Shown: positions 58,152 through 64,000 of the stretch, one piece after another
Numbering within the stretch: the stretch's first letter is position 1
Layout of the letters: each line of letters starts with the position of its first letter
Position numbers and translations under genes: made by a program
Notes under the pieces: generated by a model
Seen by the model: only the letters and a program-made list of their open reading frames with translations
The model's database searches: none
Told to the model about the DNA's origin: nothing
Assembly: GCA_030704615.1 (NCBI GenBank)
Contig: CM060734.1
Span: forward strand, 43,524,001-43,588,000
Length of the DNA stretch: 64,000 nucleotides
From: Takakia lepidozioides
Taxonomy: Eukaryota; Plantae; Bryophyta
Reading direction: 5' to 3'

Positions 58152-59748
58152 TGTCGCGCACCTCACTTCGGTAAGCTCCCCCTCAAGTCATAGTTACTCA
58201 CTTTGATGCGCGCGCCTGACTCCCAACCTGGCCGCTAGGCCAACTTGGAGCTTTGGCTGCTCACCGGGGCATAACGGTCCCCCTTTGTTCTCCCACTGAA
58301 CCCTCCACCGATTTGGAACCAGCGGGAATTCCCTTTGGTAGTTGGCAGTCCGGAACAGCTCCCCACTCTTTGGTCGCTTTCCGGCTCGTTCGCTTACTCA
58401 CTAGTTTTTGGTCACCAACGGGCTTGCACCGTTCTCGGGGTTACTACTCCCTATATATACTTCTATAGCTGTCCGCGGGGGTTTCATAACCAGCCATGCC
58501 ATTTTATGGCGAACCACCACGAAAACCCTCGACTCCCGGTGATGAGTCGCGGTGAGTCTTGGCCCACTCACCACGGCCCCTATGGACCGTGATGAGTCCC
58601 AAGACTCCCCACTACTCCCACCACGAGGTCTCCGCCCCCATGGTGAGTCCTATGCCACCCCCACTAAGTCCCGCTAAGCCACCACCACCCTTTGTGGAGC
58701 CACCCCCACCGCAACCCGGTGTGCGGGGCTCCACCTAGTGAGCACCTCCGCCTCCTTGAGTGCCTTGGGCACTCAAGGGTGCTTCAGCCCCCATACCTAT
58801 CGCTGCCGCTGCCCCCACCACAGGGGCAGCCCCTCATGTGTCCCGACCCCCTGCCCTCAAGGCAAAGGGCCGCGACACACACCCCTACCAACAGGGAGTC
58901 GATGTCCTCATCGACTTGTCCATTTTGTAGAAACGAACATCCAAATTGTGGCGTCCCACATCAAGGAGTTTGTTTCCGCAACATGGCGTCCCATGGCAAA
59001 GAACCAAACCCCACACTTGACTCTACTCTCCACTAGCTAGTTCGGCCGACTTCCTCCAAGTCCCGGCCAAGGGTGGAGCCTCTCAAGCTCCTCCCAGTGC
59101 ACTCTTCTTGGCCTACTTCAAGGCCAAGGAACGATCCTCCCCGAGGATCGAATCGCCTTACTGCAACAACATTGCTTGCGACCACTCATGATGCCGCTTT
59201 TGGCATCACCTTGAGCAAGGGTTCACATGGAACCCTCTTTGACTAGGAAGATAACCTTGAACCAACCGTGCGCCCCAATCACTACAATTGGGTCCGCCTT
59301 GGAATGCTGGCCTGAGGTACGGGAACACGCCGAAGCCGCACTACGACTTCGTCCCAAGGCTACACGATTATAGTACGTGAACGGAAGCAGGTGGCTTCCG
59401 CGTTAGCCCGCACTACAAGGCAACCCCCTCGGTAGCGCAGTTATAGTACGCGCACGCGCCAGGTGCGCACTAGCACGTGAACTCCCAAAGAAGGCGCAAG
59501 TTTCCTTGCCCCTCGGATGGGGGTCACCCGATTTCGGCACTACGCAAACACACGATTAACCCAATTTACCTCTCCTACTTTTATAAGCTAGCATGCATTC
59601 TACACACTAGCCAACCATACTATGCATCACCATTCCAAACAAAATATGACGCACAACATTTGGAAGCCATTTCATTTATAGCACGTTTTGTACAATACAA
59701 GTTTTTGCAATCGGATTCCTAAGCTAGCTAAGCCGGACTAAGCATGCA
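58152..59748 (-). repeat. Putative 3' LTR of the chromovirus (~1.6 kb)
   Basis: Begins TG after GGGGGGGGAAA and ends GCGCGACA where integrase coding resumes. No partner LTR in the window. Confidence 0.6.
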
Positions 59749-59782
59749 TTTCCCCCCCCACGCTCCAAGGTTGATGTCCCCA

Positions 59783-61261
59783 TCAACGCTTCTTCCGCTT
59801 TTGAGGTCGCCCTTCGAAAGCTGCGACCACCTCGGATGCGTTTCCCATTTCTGAGGCACGCACCCAAGATGCCTCCACATGATGATTGCCCTGCCATTTG
59901 ACGAGATACTCCGTTTCTCGGTTCTTGAACCTCCTCGACTTAAGTATTGCTTCCACCTCGTACTCAGGTTCATTTTCATGATCCAACAGCATAGGTGGCG
60001 GACGCAACACTTGATGCCGATTCGGACGCGCTTCATCTTTGAAGTAAGGCTTCAAAAGGGAGACATGGAATACTGGGTGCACCTTGCTGTTTGCCGGCAG
60101 CTCCAATTCATACACATCCTCATTCATAACCTTCCGAATGCGAAAGGGTCCCGCATACGGAGGTACGAACTTCGGACTCACTTCCGGAGGTAGTCGGAAA
60201 TTCTTGATGTTCAACCAGACCTCCGTGCCTGCCTCAAACTTCACTTCCCTCCGTTTCCGATTCGCCTGCCTTTCATACCGTTTCCTAGCTTTGGCAATGT
60301 TGTACTTTGTGAGCTTCAACAAACGCTCGCGTTCTTCCAGTATCGCCGCTACTGCCGGTTCCTCAACGTCCTGGGCGGCCCAACTTGTCGGCACCAGAGG
60401 TGCTTTTCCATAGACCAATACGAAAGGGGAAACTCCCGTTGCGGAGTGTTCTGTGTTATTATAACAGAACTCTGCCGCGTCTAAGTGTTCCACCCAGTCT
60501 GTTTGGTCTGCCGACACGTAATTCCGCAAGATCTGCTTCACTACGGAATTCACTCTTTCTGTTTGGTCGTCGGTCGTAGGTCGGAAGGCGGTGCTCATCT
60601 TCAGCCTCGTCCCCATCTTCTTCCAAAGTGCCCTCCAAAATTTACTCGTAAACTTTGGATCACGGTCCGAGACAATATCCTTCGGGACTCCATGATGCTT
60701 TAAGACGTGGGCGAAGTAAAGTCGCCCTGTCTCCTGCGCCGTTGCCGTCTCCTTGGTGAGGATGAAATGGCCCATTTTACTGAACCTATCCACCACCACC
60801 ATGATTGCATCGAATCCTTTTGACAGCGGCATAGCAGTCATGAAATCCATCGAGACGCTTTCCCAAGTCCCCTCTGGAATCGGCAAGGGTTGTAACAGCC
60901 CCGCTTGCTTTTTGTACTCGCTCCGGTTTTGTTGGCATGTGGTGCATGTCTTGACATACTCCTCTGCCTCCTCCCTCAGTTTGGGCCAGAAATACTCTTT
61001 TTTCAAGAGTGCCGCAGTGCGCTTGGCTCCGCCGTGGCCAGCAAGCGGGCTATCATGGCATTCTCTCAAGAGGCTATCTCTGATCCCTCCCTTCGGCACG
61101 TAGAGACGCTTTTGCTTATACCGGAGCAGTCCATTTTGCAAGTGGAACTGCGATTTAACCCCCATCCTCAAGTCCTGCATCACAGACTTCGCCAGCTCAT
61201 CCTTCCGGCAAGCCTTCCGGATCTTCCTTTGGAGCGTCGTCTCGCCCTTGTACACCAACAA
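59783..61261 (-). CDS. Integrase plus chromodomain (open segment of a disrupted pol)
   Basis: HHCC, SMDF, VSDRDPKF, AGPF, and EYEVEAILKSR...YLVKWQG...ASW. Confidence 0.9.
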   Translation of the reverse strand: MLVYKGETTLQRKIRKACRKDELAKSVMQDLRMGVKSQFHLQNGLLRYKQKRLYVPKGGIRDSLLRECHDSPLAGHGGAKRTAALLKKEYFWPKLREEAEEYVKTCTTCQQNRSEYKKQAGLLQPLPIPEGTWESVSMDFMTAMPLSKGFDAIMVVVDRFSKMGHFILTKETATAQETGRLYFAHVLKHHGVPKDIVSDRDPKFTSKFWRALWKKMGTRLKMSTAFRPTTDDQTERVNSVVKQILRNYVSADQTDWVEHLDAAEFCYNNTEHSATGVSPFVLVYGKAPLVPTSWAAQDVEEPAVAAILEERERLLKLTKYNIAKARKRYERQANRKRREVKFEAGTEVWLNIKNFRLPPEVSPKFVPPYAGPFRIRKVMNEDVYELELPANSKVHPVFHVSLLKPYFKDEARPNRHQVLRPPPMLLDHENEPEYEVEAILKSRRFKNRETEYLVKWQGNHHVEASWVRASEMGNASEVVAAFEGRPQKRKKR

Positions 61262-63683
61262 GAGCTGCTACTTTCTACTTAGAGCATTGGCCACCACGTT
61301 GTCTCGTCCCGATTTGTACTGGATATCCACGTCGAACACCGCCAAAGTATCTTGCCACCTAAGTTGTTTTGGGGACAACTTGGGTTGTGTGGCAAAATAC
61401 TTCACCGTGACATTGTCTGTGAACACCTTCACTGGGTTGGAACCAACATAGTGGCGCCAAAGCTCAAGACAGTGCACCACCGCCTTCATCTCTTACTCGT
61501 GCGTCGGCCACCGTCGCTCCACTTCATTCAGTTTCTTACTTTCGTAAGCCACTGGACGTCCATCTTGCATCAGTACACCCCCAATCGCGAAGTCCGACGC
61601 ATCTGTATGTATCTCGAACGGACGATCGAACTCGGGATTTTCAAGACTGGAGCTTCCGCCATCCGCTGCTTCAATTCAGCAAAAGCTTGGCCACAAAAGG
61701 TGTTCCATGCCCAGACTTTAGATTTATACAGAAAGTCTGACAGCGGCCCCGCAATCTTGGCGAAATTTCTCACATACTTCCGGTAATAGGAGACGAGTCC
61801 TAGGAAGGATCGCACTCCGGGACCGAAGTCGGAGGCTCCCAGTCCAAGATGGCCCTCACCTTCCTGTCATCCATTCTGATCCCATCCTGTGTAATCACAT
61901 GCCCCAGGAACTCATCTTCTGATGTGTACACATGCCCCAGGACTCCACTTTTGTGACCCGAATTCGCACTTTGAAGCTTTGGCATACAGCTTCCATTCTC
62001 ACAACTTTTGGAACACCTTTTTGAGGTGCTCCAGGTGCTCCTCCTTTGTTTTCGAGTACACCAAGATGTTGTCGATGTACACGATCACAAAGTCATCAAC
62101 ACTCCTGAAAAAGGCTGTTCATCAGTGTGCTAAAGGTCGCAGGTGCATTAGTGAGCCCAAAAGGCATCACCAAGAACTCATATGAACCATACCTTGTCCT
62201 GCACGCGGTCTTCTCCTCATCTCCTTCCGCCACCCGAATTTGATGATAGCCGGAGCGCAAGTCGATCCGGCTGAAACTTCTCTCCTGCCAACCGGTCGAA
62301 AGGTCGTCGATCCTTGGCAAAGGGTACCGGTTTTTAATAGTCACTTTATTCAAATGTAATCGACACACATCCGCAACGTCCCATCCTTCTTGTCTGTGAA
62401 TAGCACCGGGGCTCCGTAAGGTGACTTACTCGGCCGGATGTACCCCTTTGACATTAGATCGTTGAGCTGAGTCTCAGCTCGACTAACTCCCTGTGGCTCA
62501 ACCGGTAGGGTGCCTTGGCAGGCGGTTCCGATCCGGTATCACCTCAATCTGTGGTCAACTCCTCTTCGCGGTGGCAAGCCGCTTGGTAAATCCTCCGACA
62601 TCACATCTGGTATTTCTCCAAGATCCCCTTGATCCAATCTGGGCTCGGCTCCCCATCGCCTTCTCCCTTCACTTCTCTAATGTAAAGCAAAAACTGGGGC
62701 TCGTGTGCCTCCTCCACGGCCCACTCCCTTGCTGACAGAAGGTTTATTCGCCCTCCCACGGATTTGGGCGTTTCTGACACTCGTAAAACCTCGCCACCAT
62801 TCCCACATGGCAGCGTGACCACTCTCTTGCGGCCATCTATGACCGCTCCGGATTTGCTAAAAAGGTCATCCCCAAAATGAGATCCACTCCATCGATCTCG
62901 CAGATGGTGAAGTTCTCACGTCCCTCCCAACTCCCCAGTTGAAGAGGAACATCAAACGCCAACCTTGTCGCCAACTATGGTTCTCTTTTGGCAGAACGCA
63001 CCTCAATAGAGGCCCCCACGTCACTTGTCGGGAGTCCCAACTTTCGCGCCGCCGCCGGCGTCATGAAGGAGTGCGACGCTCCTGTGTCCACCAACAACGA
63101 CACGTTAGTTCCGGATATTATCCCATCCACGAACAATAACTGACTCCCTTTACGTAAGGCGCCAGTTTCCTGATACAACTCACAAGAATAGTTGCCTACC
63201 TTGCAAGCCTAGCGACCACCGCTTCCACCAAGCGACTGATGGTATCTTCCGACAGCTCCGTGGTTGCCCAAGTCATGTTCAATTGACGAGGTTTTGTGCA
63301 CTTCTTGGCCATGTGCCCGGGCTCCCCACAATTGAAACACACTCCATCAAAGGTCGCCTTCTGTCCGCCATAAGCCGCTCGCTTTTTTTTGCAAGCACTG
63401 GGTGCCGCCTTGACGTGTGAAGGCCCTCCCTTCGATTTCCACGTGCCATTGTCGCCGCGCTATCCCACTTCTTTTCCGGTCGGAAGGAGTCACCTTCCCG
63501 CCGGGTCTTCTTGTGGTTCAGCTCCGTACGGCCTTGTCTCTCACCCCTAGGGACATCCGAGAAACATTCAGCCCTCTCAATTGCCTCGTTCAAAGTCTTG
63601 GGTGGCTTCTCCTCCAACTTCCGCCTGGCCCATGGGGCCAACCCCGCCACAAAGTTGAAGACCATTTCTGGTTCTGCGCACAA
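61262..63683 (-). pseudogene. gag-protease-RT-RNase H of the chromovirus (many frameshifts)
   Basis: [33 protein letters not shown] (mutated YxDD), VFTDNVT, NVVANALSRK. Confidence 0.9.
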
Positions 63684-64000
63684 ACCCTAGCTTGGTAAGG
63701 CTAAACCTCAAGGAAATAGAGGGGGAAGTGGCTTAGGGGGAAATGGCTAAACCCTGGGGGAAAATGAACAATCGGTGTTATTACAACATGATGCAGTAGC
63801 AGACAAGTAAAATTCAGCAGGTGATCAGTAGTGAATGTAACATACCTAGGTGTGCAACATATGTATACAAGCTGATTGTTGTGAGGTGCTTAATGTGGTA
63901 GCTTTTGATATTCATGAGTGTATCTTGTAGCAGGGTATCCAGGAGGGTAATGTTAATCCGGAGTCATGTTGATAACAACGGCGGTGGCATAGATGGCATA

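Larger units (their letters stand above)
58152..63690 (-). mobile_element. Degenerate Ty3/gypsy chromovirus, 5'-truncated, abutting (probably inserted into) the integrase-PHD element
   Basis: gag knuckle, protease LVDTGASHSF, RT, RNase H, integrase, chromodomain, PPT ~59749-59760, putative 3' LTR 59748-58152. Confidence 0.9.

Overview
Repeat-dominated eukaryotic window, most likely from a land plant (inferred from a PLS-DYW PPR gene; a non-seed plant is plausible but unproven). The only clearly intact host gene is a PLS-class PPR-DYW RNA-editing factor (~50415-52913). It is built from near-identical 303-bp PLS triplets and is preceded by a ~1.6-kb-arm inverted duplication of its upstream region. 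The rest is nested transposon material. (1) Two copies of a non-chromo Ty3/gypsy family with extra ORFs both before gag and after pol (1-12050; 16745-28372). (2) A MULE-like GCM/DDE/SWIM transposase gene split by a 7.8-kb TIR element (31486-39252, 8-bp TSD CTCCACTG) that carries about 45 copies of a 22-bp palindrome. (3) A Ty3/gypsy remnant with a C5 DNA methyltransferase between protease and RT (~42716-45840), plus an integrase-PHD 3' end possibly of the same group (57455-58151). (4) A Sola-like DDD transposase pseudogene. (5) A degenerate chromovirus (58152-63690). All coordinates and alignments were read by eye and are approximate unless a junction is quoted.
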